DNA from: a virus
Lineage: Duplodnaviria; Caudoviricetes
IMG/VR virus record: IMGVR_UViG_3300035136_000021
Location: 1-56,882 of that record
Reading direction: 5' to 3' (one strand)
DNA length: 56,882 nt
Shown here: piece after piece, positions 1 through 7,687 of the stretch
Layout of the letters: the number at the start of each line of letters is the position of its first letter
How positions within the stretch are numbered: the first letter of the stretch is position 1
The notes under the pieces: generated by a model
Seen by the model: only the letters and a program-made list of their open reading frames with translations
Database searches by the model: none
What the model was told of the DNA's origin: nothing
Made by a program: the position numbers and the translations under genes

Positions 1-374
1 TTGCTACAAAATATTCTTTGCTACAAAATATTCTTTGCTACAAAATATTCTTTGCTACAAAATATTCTTTGCTACAAAATATTCTTTGCTACAAAATATT
101 CTTTGCTACAAAATATTCTTTGCTACAAAATATTCTTTGCTACATTAAGATCTTTGCTACATTAAGATCTTTGCTACATTAAGATCTTTGCTACAAAATA
201 TTCTTTGCTACATTAAGATCTTTGCTACATTAAGATCTTTGCTACATTAAGATCTTTGCTACATTAAGATCTTTGCTACATTAAGATCTTTGCTACATTA
301 AGATCTTTGCTACATTAAGATCTTTGCTACAAAATATTCTTTGCTACAAAATATTCTTTGCTACATTAAGATCT
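1..374. repeat. Tandem array of 22 x 17-bp units, two variants: A=TTGCTACAAAATATTCT, B=TTGCTACATTAAGATCT (order A8 B3 A1 B7 A2 B1)
   Basis: Read directly; period 17; ends in a perfect 30-bp palindrome at 357-386. Confidence 0.97.
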
Positions 375-412
375 TAATGTAGCAAAAGAATTTTATGTAT
401 TATAAATAATAT

Positions 413-441
413 TTGACATATTGTATTAATTTTATTATACT
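413..441 (+). promoter_or_regulatory. Sigma-A-type promoter
   Basis: TTGACA-17-TATACT upstream of ORF 482. Confidence 0.8.
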
Positions 442-481
442 TAAAATATATTAAAAAAATCGAAAGGGGTTAATAATAAAA

Positions 482-1159
482 ATGAAAGATATTATGGATG
501 ATATATATTTTGAGAAATTGATTAACAAATTGAAGGTTGAAGAAAAAGACAGTATTGAAGCTAATAATATTATAAATTTATTTACAAAGTATGAATCAGA
601 TTCTATTTTTTATATTGAAATGGATGAAGGAATTTTATGCCTAAATGTTTCTGATATAATATCGATTGAAGATAATTTAATGATTTTAAAGCAAATGATT
701 ATACATGTTACAAATATAAAAAAAATATATGTCACTAATAAAAATGGATGTTATAAAGAAATTAATATTAAAAATAAGTATAAAGATAAAAATAAAGATA
801 TTATAAGACTAATGTATGAGTATGAAGTTTCAGGAATCAAATTAATAGTAGATAAAATGAAGCATGATAATATATCTATTGAAAAAATTGCAAGGTATAT
901 GTATGAAATGAGACGATCTCTTGGAATTAAATATAAATATAAAAGACCGAAAAGTTATAGAAGAAAAATATTTAAAAGAAATCTTGAAAAATATCATAAT
1001 CAATTTGGACCTTTATATATTAATTTTTTCGACCTTGATATCAAAGATCCTTATAATTTCATAATTGAATCAAGTACACGAGTAAATCCAGATTACGAAA
1101 CTTTAAAAGAAAAATATAAATTTGAAGAAATTAAAGATATTGAAGAAATGGAGGATTGA
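482..1159 (+). CDS. Hypothetical protein; C-terminal half resembles a helical polymorphic-toxin-type domain
   Basis: ORF with RBS; motif EKIAR..RR.LG.KYK...RN...Y....GP......IIESS.R.N. Confidence 0.55.
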   Translation: MKDIMDDIYFEKLINKLKVEEKDSIEANNIINLFTKYESDSIFYIEMDEGILCLNVSDIISIEDNLMILKQMIIHVTNIKKIYVTNKNGCYKEINIKNKYKDKNKDIIRLMYEYEVSGIKLIVDKMKHDNISIEKIARYMYEMRRSLGIKYKYKRPKSYRRKIFKRNLEKYHNQFGPLYINFFDLDIKDPYNFIIESSTRVNPDYETLKEKYKFEEIKDIEEMED

Positions 1160-1163
1160 AATA

Positions 1164-1529
1164 ATGGGATATTCTATTTATTGTAAAAATAAAAATAAAA
1201 TTATTACATTTTCTAAACCACATTTCATACAAGGTAGTACGTATGCTGTATCAGGGACGATAGAAGCTTATTACTCAATGACATCTAATTATTCAAAAAT
1301 TATTAGCAAATTTTTGAAAAATGGAATAAAAGAATTACATGATAAAAAAGTTAAAAATACTTTGAAAATTTTAGAAAATATAATGATACAACTTAATAAT
1401 GATACTTATAATGAAAATTATTGGGAATGTACAGAAACTAATGTAAAATTGGCATTATATGACATGTGGAAATTAGGTTTTGAAAGTATGAAAATAGATA
1501 ATGAATGTTTGTGGGATATATCATTTTAA
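1164..1529 (+). CDS. Conserved phage hypothetical protein
   Basis: ATG 1164 after GGAGG; ..TSNYS..GI...YWE.TE.N.K.AL motif typical of a common small phage family. Confidence 0.65.
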   Translation: MGYSIYCKNKNKIITFSKPHFIQGSTYAVSGTIEAYYSMTSNYSKIISKFLKNGIKELHDKKVKNTLKILENIMIQLNNDTYNENYWECTETNVKLALYDMWKLGFESMKIDNECLWDISF

Positions 1530-1605
1530 GTTGATTTTTGTAGATTAAGAAAACAGTTGGTAGACATGTAAAATTTGTTAATAAAATCATAAAGGAGATT
1601 AAATT

Positions 1606-1806
1606 ATGTTGATGGATAGAACTTGTTATTTATCAGAACCTAAAAATATTAAATATATTACCATGATAAAAAATGTAATTGAAAGAGAAATATTAGATGT
1701 AGAAAATAGTAGAAAAAAAACATATACATCTAAACAGGTTATTAAATTATATGAAGCTTTATACAAGAAATTAGCATACAATATAGAATTTAATGAACAC
1801 TTTTAA
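1606..1806 (+). CDS. Hypothetical protein
   Basis: ORF with AAGGAG RBS. Confidence 0.6.
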   Translation: MLMDRTCYLSEPKNIKYITMIKNVIEREILDVENSRKKTYTSKQVIKLYEALYKKLAYNIEFNEHF

Positions 1807-1863
1807 GATATCGATTAATTTTATTAAAACTATAAAAAAAAATAAAGGAGGTATTAAAATAAC

Positions 1864-2304
1864 ATGGATTTAACAAATTTAATTTATATATTATGTTTTG
1901 ATCCAGGTGTCGTTACAGGTTTCATATCTTATGATGTAATAAATCATAAAATAATAGATCATGATTGTTTAAAATCTTATGATGAAATTTATCAAAAATT
2001 CAATCAATTTAAAGATTTTGATTTTTGTACAAATTGTATTAAAAATGGAACAATTGTAATATATGAAAAAAATGTTGGTAAATTAATTACTCAAGACCAA
2101 TTTAATATGTGTAAAAAAGTAGGATTTATCGAAGGGCTTTGTGAATCTTTGAATTTAAAAAGTTTTGCACAAGTGCCAACATTACGATTAGGGTATCTTA
2201 AAATAGCTAAAGAATATTTTAAATCAAATAAAACATCATATGAAATACATGAAATTGATGCGTATGCTCATATATTGAGATTTTTAACAGTTAATAAAAT
2301 ATAA
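1864..2304 (+). CDS. RuvC-like (RNase H fold) Holliday junction resolvase
   Basis: N-terminal ILCFDPG..TG, central IYE, C-terminal HEIDA acidic pattern. Confidence 0.7.
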   Translation: MDLTNLIYILCFDPGVVTGFISYDVINHKIIDHDCLKSYDEIYQKFNQFKDFDFCTNCIKNGTIVIYEKNVGKLITQDQFNMCKKVGFIEGLCESLNLKSFAQVPTLRLGYLKIAKEYFKSNKTSYEIHEIDAYAHILRFLTVNKI

Positions 2305-2326
2305 CTAAAAAATAGGAGGAATTAAC

Positions 2327-2701
2327 ATGTTAACAAAATATGAAATTGCAAAAATAATATTTACAACAGTTAATACTATAAGAAAGTTAAATGATGAAAA
2401 GGATATTGAATCTTTTGATGATATATCTGAAGAAAGAAAAAATCAATTATTAAAAAATATCGATGAAATTTTAGAACATCCTGAAATAACAGCAAAAGAT
2501 GAACATGATATTTGGATGAAATTAAAATTAAAAGATGGTTGGAAATATGGAGAAAAAACAGATAGAAATAATAAAATACATAATTGTTTAATACCATATG
2601 AAAATTTGAACGTATATCAACAATTAAAAGATGAGATAGCAATTTGTATTATTAGAACATTATCAAATAAAGGAGTTGATAAAATTGAAAAAATTAATTA
2701 A
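2327..2701 (+). CDS. Stand-alone RyR-domain protein
   Basis: EHDIWM..K..DGWKYG...D...K.H.CLIPYE.L...QQ.KD. Confidence 0.85.
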   Translation: MLTKYEIAKIIFTTVNTIRKLNDEKDIESFDDISEERKNQLLKNIDEILEHPEITAKDEHDIWMKLKLKDGWKYGEKTDRNNKIHNCLIPYENLNVYQQLKDEIAICIIRTLSNKGVDKIEKIN

Positions 2702-2786
2702 TTGTGGATTAATTTGCAAAGGTAGTAAATGTAAAAATTATAAAAATTGCACATTATTAAAAAAAAAAAGAAAGGATGTAATTAAT

Positions 2787-3095
2787 ATGAAAAAAATAAC
2801 TATGAATAATAAACAATACTGGGAATATAATAAAAATTATTTTGAATGTTCTAAATATGAAGAATCAAATGTTCTGAATATATCAAAAACTTTGATCAAT
2901 TGTATTAATTGTGAAAATTGTGAAAATTGTAAAGATTGTAAAGATTGTAAAGATTGTGAATATTGTGAAGATTGTGAAGATTGTGAAGATTGTGAAAATT
3001 GTTATTATTGTGAAAATTGTTATTATTGTGAAAATTGTGAATATTGTGAATATTGTTATGATTGTTATGATTGTTATGATTGTTATAATAATTAA
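2787..3095 (+). CDS. Cysteine-rich (Cxx)n repeat protein
   Basis: ATG 2787 after AAGGA; 21 Cys at every third residue encoded by 9-bp repeats. Confidence 0.7.
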   Translation: MKKITMNNKQYWEYNKNYFECSKYEESNVLNISKTLINCINCENCENCKDCKDCKDCEYCEDCEDCEDCENCYYCENCYYCENCEYCEYCYDCYDCYDCYNN

Positions 3096-3174
3096 AAAAT
3101 AATATAATAAAGTTTAATAAAAAAATTTTAAAATAAAGTAATTAACGATTAATAAGAAAGGAAATATTAAAAAT

Positions 3175-3741
3175 ATGGATAAATATATAGGAACAAAATT
3201 AATTGAAGCAAAACAAATGAATTTAGGGGATTATAATAAATACAAAGGTTGGACTATTCCTGATAATGAAAACCCTGAAACAGAAGGATATCTTGTAAAA
3301 TATTCTGACTCTTATGAATCTTGGAGTCCTAAAGATGTTTTCGAATATAGTTATAAAAAATTAAATATGAAAACGGATATCCCCGAAATGTTACAACATG
3401 ATTTAATTACATATGATAATACTTATATATCACATGATGAAGAATTATTTAATGCTCCAAATAATTATTTAATTCATGAAAAAAACAGTAAAAGTGGTTA
3501 TGATATATTAGCAGGAATACATTTCCAAGAAGGACCTGTCAAAGTACATGGCTTAAACGGTATATTTATGGAAGATTTACTAGCTATTGTTATCGACAGA
3601 TTATATAAATTTCAGAAAAGTGAATTTAAGTGCCGAGAAAATGCAATAGTTATTACAAAACTGGAAGAATCGTTAATGTGGTTAAGAAAGAGAACGTTAA
3701 ATCGAAAAACAAGAGGAGTTCAAGGAACTTATAAAGTATGA
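3175..3741 (+). CDS. tad1: Anti-defence sponge fusion: N-terminal YIGTK..GYLVKY..YESWSPK domain + C-terminal Tad1 (Thoeris anti-defence 1) domain
   Basis: C-term IHFQEGP....G.NG....DL.....DRL..FQ...F.CRENA...TKLEE.LMWL.KR...R..RGV.GT matches the Tad1 family. Confidence 0.8.
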   Translation: MDKYIGTKLIEAKQMNLGDYNKYKGWTIPDNENPETEGYLVKYSDSYESWSPKDVFEYSYKKLNMKTDIPEMLQHDLITYDNTYISHDEELFNAPNNYLIHEKNSKSGYDILAGIHFQEGPVKVHGLNGIFMEDLLAIVIDRLYKFQKSEFKCRENAIVITKLEESLMWLRKRTLNRKTRGVQGTYKV

Positions 3742-3810
3742 TTACAAAAAAATTTTAGCTTGTCTAATATTAAAAGTATAAAATTAAATATCTGCAAGTA
3801 GGTAATTGCT

Positions 3811-3850
3811 TTAAAAAACCTAAAGATTCTAGAATCTTTAGGTTTTTTAA
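3811..3850. terminator. Perfect 40-bp palindrome, probable bidirectional intrinsic terminator
   Basis: TTAAAAAACCTAAAGATTCT|AGAATCTTTAGGTTTTTTAA. Confidence 0.7.
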
Positions 3851-3862
3851 GTTATGTTAATA

Positions 3863-3891
3863 TTGACAATTCGTATTTATTTTAGTATGAT
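3863..3891 (+). promoter_or_regulatory. Sigma-A-type promoter
   Basis: TTGACA-N11-TTTTAG-TATGAT. Confidence 0.8.
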
Positions 3892-3935
3892 AATAATATA
3901 AATCAATAAAAAAATTTTGAAAGGAGAAAATTAAT

Positions 3936-4394
3936 ATGGGTAAAAAATTATTTGAGCAATATACGTATTATGATTTTCAAAATAAAGGAAAAGAAAGTTT
4001 ACGAACAGGTTATCATATCTGGTATGATGAAAAATGGTTAATGAATTTTTCATCATTTGTGAAATTAAACAATCCAAGGATTAAAGTACCTAAAAGTAAT
4101 TATAAAGAATATATTGATTTTAACTGTTTTATACATGATGATATAAGCCCTCGTCAAGAAATAGATGATAGTAGACATATTATAAAATACAATTCAAAAG
4201 TAAATGAAGTAAATATATATAGTGATAATAGTAATATAAAATTTAATAATAATATTTTTAGATTTATGTGTAAAATGAATAATCAAAATGAATTTTATTA
4301 TCTTACAAGATCTCATACAATATATTTATATACATGGTCTAAAAATCAATATGATTATGAATTTCAAGGTATGTTATTAGGTTTAAGAAGGTAA
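3936..4394 (+). CDS. Hypothetical protein
   Basis: ORF with AAGGAG RBS behind own promoter. Confidence 0.65.
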   Translation: MGKKLFEQYTYYDFQNKGKESLRTGYHIWYDEKWLMNFSSFVKLNNPRIKVPKSNYKEYIDFNCFIHDDISPRQEIDDSRHIIKYNSKVNEVNIYSDNSNIKFNNNIFRFMCKMNNQNEFYYLTRSHTIYLYTWSKNQYDYEFQGMLLGLRR

Positions 4395-4440
4395 GTATGA
4401 AAATAAATATTATAAATTAAAAAAAAGGAGATGTATTAAT

Positions 4441-4593
4441 ATGTCAAAACCTATAATAATGTACAAAGTATTAATTAATGGTAGGTTGAGAGAAGTTTGT
4501 GGTACAAGTTCAATAGCACAAGAATCGAAAATAAAATTTGAACAAGTTGGAAAAACAAGAGTCACTATTGAAAGATATGAAAAATAAAATATG
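4441..4593 (+). CDS. Small hypothetical protein (50 aa, MSKPIIMYKV...)
   Basis: AGGAG RBS; fills the gap before the helicase; below the ORF-track cutoff. Confidence 0.5.
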
Positions 4594-4622
4594 AAATATT
4601 TTTTAAGGAGGTTATAACTAAT

Positions 4623-6341
4623 ATGGAATATAAATTAACTATTGAAAGAAATAAAGTGAAAATTATTGGTGATATATCTATTTTAGATACATCAAATCTA
4701 ATTAATTGGAGTCCTTCGGGACTTCTTGATTCTGGTAGTTTTGACAAAGATAAAGAATCTATAGATTCTTTATGTACTCAAATCAAATCGTTAAATCATA
4801 CTATTGTCGGAGATGATAAAATTAGAACTTGGTATAGAATGCAAAAATCAAAAGAAATGAACGCACAATTGATTCATGATAACACATATCAATTAAATGA
4901 AAATATTTTAAATAATGAGTTAAAAGACTATCAAAAACAAGCTATTAGTTTTTTTGAACAATTAAGAAGTTGTATAATAGCTTACAGCCCAGGTCTTGGG
5001 AAAACATTGATAGGAATAAACTGTATAAAAATTATTAACGCAAAAAAGATATTGGTAGTTTGTCCTAGCTATCTAAAATTTTCTTGGGCTGATGAAATAA
5101 AAAAATGGACTACTGATATGATACCTATCGTCATAAACGGGACTCCAAAACAACGTGATAAACAATACGATAATTTCATTAATACAATTAATTGTACAAA
5201 AATATTAATAGTGAATTATGAACAAATAAGAATCAAAAAATCTAAAAATCATAATGGTAAACAATCTCTAGAAATCAATATTCCAAATATCATAAAAAAT
5301 ATAAATTGGGATATTATAATATGGGATGAAGCTCATCGACTCAAAAGTCGTAATAGCCAAACTACTTTAGGTAATTTTTCACTAAAAACAAAAAATAGAT
5401 TAATGCTCACAGGTACTCCAATAACTAAAAATCCTGGAGAAATTTGGAGTTTATTAAAAATACTTGATAAAGATAGATTCAGAAGTTATTGGGGATTTGT
5501 AAAATTTTATTGCCATGTTTGTGAAGGTTTTAGGAGTCTAGAGATCGGTAATTTAATTAGACCTGAAAAATATAAAAATATGCTTAAACCTTATATGTTG
5601 AGAAAAACTAAAGAAAGTGTGGCTCCGGAATTACCTAAAAAAATATTTAATGAAATATATGTAAGAATGGATGAAAAACAAAAAAAAATATACAACAAAG
5701 CACTTTTAGATTATTTAAAACCAAATTTACAAAGTCCTGGAGAACAAGATATTATCGAGTCAGATATTGAAAAGTTTATTAGATTAAATCAAATAGCTCA
5801 AAATCCAGTTATCTTAGGTGGCGAAAATGTATCTATCATAAAAGATACTTTATCGGATATGTTACAAGATATTGAAGATTCTGTAATTATAGGAACTACA
5901 TATATAAAAATGTCTATAGATTTATATGAATCTATAGCTAAAAAATATAAAAATAGAAATGTATACTTAATCAATTCAAAAGTAAATACAAAAAAACGAT
6001 ATGATATATTAGAAAAATTTAAAAAAGATCTGACAGGTATTCTTATCACAACAATAAGATGTCTTAGTGAAGGTGTTAATTTAGATTGTTGTGATAATAT
6101 TATTTTTTCAGACATTGAGTGGAATTGCGGTGTAAATGAGCAATTTCAGAATAGAATACATAGAATGACAAGTACTAGAGTAAAAACATATTATTTTTTA
6201 GTTGTAAAAGATACTGTTAATGAATATAAACATAAAAAAATATACAAAGAATCTAAAATGAGTCAAAATTCTTTAGGTGATAATGATCAAAAGATTATTA
6301 GAAATTTAATGGCAGAATACAAAAGATCACAAAAGTCTTAA
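4623..6341 (+). CDS. SNF2-family (SF2) helicase
   Basis: YQ Q-motif, PGLGKT, DEAH, LTGTP, EGVNL, Q...RIHR. Confidence 0.92.
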   Translation: MEYKLTIERNKVKIIGDISILDTSNLINWSPSGLLDSGSFDKDKESIDSLCTQIKSLNHTIVGDDKIRTWYRMQKSKEMNAQLIHDNTYQLNENILNNELKDYQKQAISFFEQLRSCIIAYSPGLGKTLIGINCIKIINAKKILVVCPSYLKFSWADEIKKWTTDMIPIVINGTPKQRDKQYDNFINTINCTKILIVNYEQIRIKKSKNHNGKQSLEINIPNIIKNINWDIIIWDEAHRLKSRNSQTTLGNFSLKTKNRLMLTGTPITKNPGEIWSLLKILDKDRFRSYWGFVKFYCHVCEGFRSLEIGNLIRPEKYKNMLKPYMLRKTKESVAPELPKKIFNEIYVRMDEKQKKIYNKALLDYLKPNLQSPGEQDIIESDIEKFIRLNQIAQNPVILGGENVSIIKDTLSDMLQDIEDSVIIGTTYIKMSIDLYESIAKKYKNRNVYLINSKVNTKKRYDILEKFKKDLTGILITTIRCLSEGVNLDCCDNIIFSDIEWNCGVNEQFQNRIHRMTSTRVKTYYFLVVKDTVNEYKHKKIYKESKMSQNSLGDNDQKIIRNLMAEYKRSQKS

Positions 6342-6355
6342 GACTTTTGTGATCT
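6324..6355. terminator. Perfect 32-bp palindrome overlapping the helicase stop
   Basis: AGATCACAAAAGTCTT|AAGACTTTTGTGATCT. Confidence 0.55.
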
Positions 6356-6385
6356 AAATCACAAAATAGGAAGGAATTAATAACT

Positions 6386-6790
6386 ATGTCAGATTTTTAT
6401 CAAACAAAAATTATAAAAACTCGAAAACATCATTTATGTTGTAGTTGCGGATCACTAATACCTTTAGGTCATACATGTAATTATAATCAAGGTATTTTTG
6501 AGGATGAGTGGTTTAGAAATTATATTTGTCAAATATGTGTTAAATTTTTAAAAAAATCAAAAAATGACAATTCATATGATTATTGTTGGTTATTTGATGA
6601 ATTAGATTATATATATGGTGTATATTTTTTAAACATTAATTATATTATAAATCGTATAGATTTTCGATTGAATCATAATAATATTGTAAGTATTGATATT
6701 AAAGAATTTTTAGAATCAATCGATAATAATACTTTCTCAAAAAAATGGCTCAAACGTCAATATAATAAATATATTAAAATATTTAAATAA
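6386..6790 (+). CDS. Zn-finger hypothetical phage protein
   Basis: KTRK.H.C..CG ... C..C. Confidence 0.65.
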   Translation: MSDFYQTKIIKTRKHHLCCSCGSLIPLGHTCNYNQGIFEDEWFRNYICQICVKFLKKSKNDNSYDYCWLFDELDYIYGVYFLNINYIINRIDFRLNHNNIVSIDIKEFLESIDNNTFSKKWLKRQYNKYIKIFK

Positions 6791-6793
6791 TAT

Positions 6794-6822
6794 TTGACAT
6801 ATTGAAAATATTTTAGTATACT
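6794..6822 (+). promoter_or_regulatory. Sigma-A-type promoter for ssb/polB
   Basis: TTGACA-N11-TTTTAG-TATACT. Confidence 0.8.
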
Positions 6823-6871
6823 TAAGTTAAATTTAAAAAAAATCTAAAAAAATCAAAGGAGAATAAATATT

Positions 6872-7594
6872 ATGATTAATAATTCAAAAAGGACTAAAAG
6901 TATCAATTTAACTTTAAAAAGTGATAAGGACATCAGTGTAATCTATCCAAATTTAGCGACACCATGCAAATATAACTTGAAAGACAATAGTTTTACAGTC
7001 CTAGATATTCGTCCTAATAGTTTAGAAGATGGATATAAATATACTGCTACATTATTAATTGATAAAGAAAGTAAAAGTGCAAACGAAATAATGAAAGCAG
7101 TCAAAGAAATTTGGAAAATTTGGGATTTAAAAAATGAAGAAAATCCAAATAACCCAATTAAAGATGGTGATAAAAAAGCGTCTAAACTTGAAAATGAAGA
7201 TAAAAATGGAGATGTATACAAAAATAAATATGTTTTAAGAACATCAACAAAAAAAGTACCAAAAGTTTTTACAAAAACTGGAACATGGAATGGGATTAGA
7301 AAAATTGATGATGAAGCTATCCATGGATATTTTTGTAATGTGATGATATGTGTAAGTTATTATAAAGCTGGTACAAATGTAGGTGTAACATGTTATTTAA
7401 CAGGTTTACAATTAATTGAAGAAAATCCTGATTTACAATATCAAAACCCTGAAAGTGAATTTGATTTTGATGCTAAAGAACCTGAAAAATCAAAAGATGT
7501 AGATTCATTTGATTTTGATGAGGATGATGGTAAAAAAGTAGATGTAAAAAATATAAGTAATGAAGTAGATGATGATGAAGATCCTTTTATGTAA
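6872..7594 (+). CDS. ssb: Single-stranded DNA-binding protein (DUF2815 / T7 gp2.5-like)
   Basis: KY.ATLLI.K, PIKDGD, GV..YL.GLQ motifs; acidic tail ending DPFM; adjacent to polymerase. Confidence 0.8.
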   Translation: MINNSKRTKSINLTLKSDKDISVIYPNLATPCKYNLKDNSFTVLDIRPNSLEDGYKYTATLLIDKESKSANEIMKAVKEIWKIWDLKNEENPNNPIKDGDKKASKLENEDKNGDVYKNKYVLRTSTKKVPKVFTKTGTWNGIRKIDDEAIHGYFCNVMICVSYYKAGTNVGVTCYLTGLQLIEENPDLQYQNPESEFDFDAKEPEKSKDVDSFDFDEDDGKKVDVKNISNEVDDDEDPFM

Positions 7595-7623
7595 TAAAAT
7601 ATACTTTCATTTAATAAATTATC

Positions 7624-7659
7624 TTAAAAAGACTCTTAAATTTTTAAGAGTCTTTTTAA
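7624..7659. terminator. Hairpin terminator
   Basis: TTAAAAAGACTCTTAAA-tt-TTTAAGAGTCTTTTTAA. Confidence 0.6.
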
Positions 7660-7687
7660 AAAAAAATATCTATATGGAGGTCTTAAT

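Noticed and set aside
1-374. Possible CRISPR array (also 20932-21270)
   Set aside because: No unique spacers, only tandem unit variants; no cas genes recognised
1164-1529. Immunity protein for the upstream toxin-like ORF
   Set aside because: Looks like a common stand-alone phage hypothetical family; adjacency is the only support
2911-3102. (KIV)n ORF
   Set aside because: Alternative frame of the Cys-repeat gene
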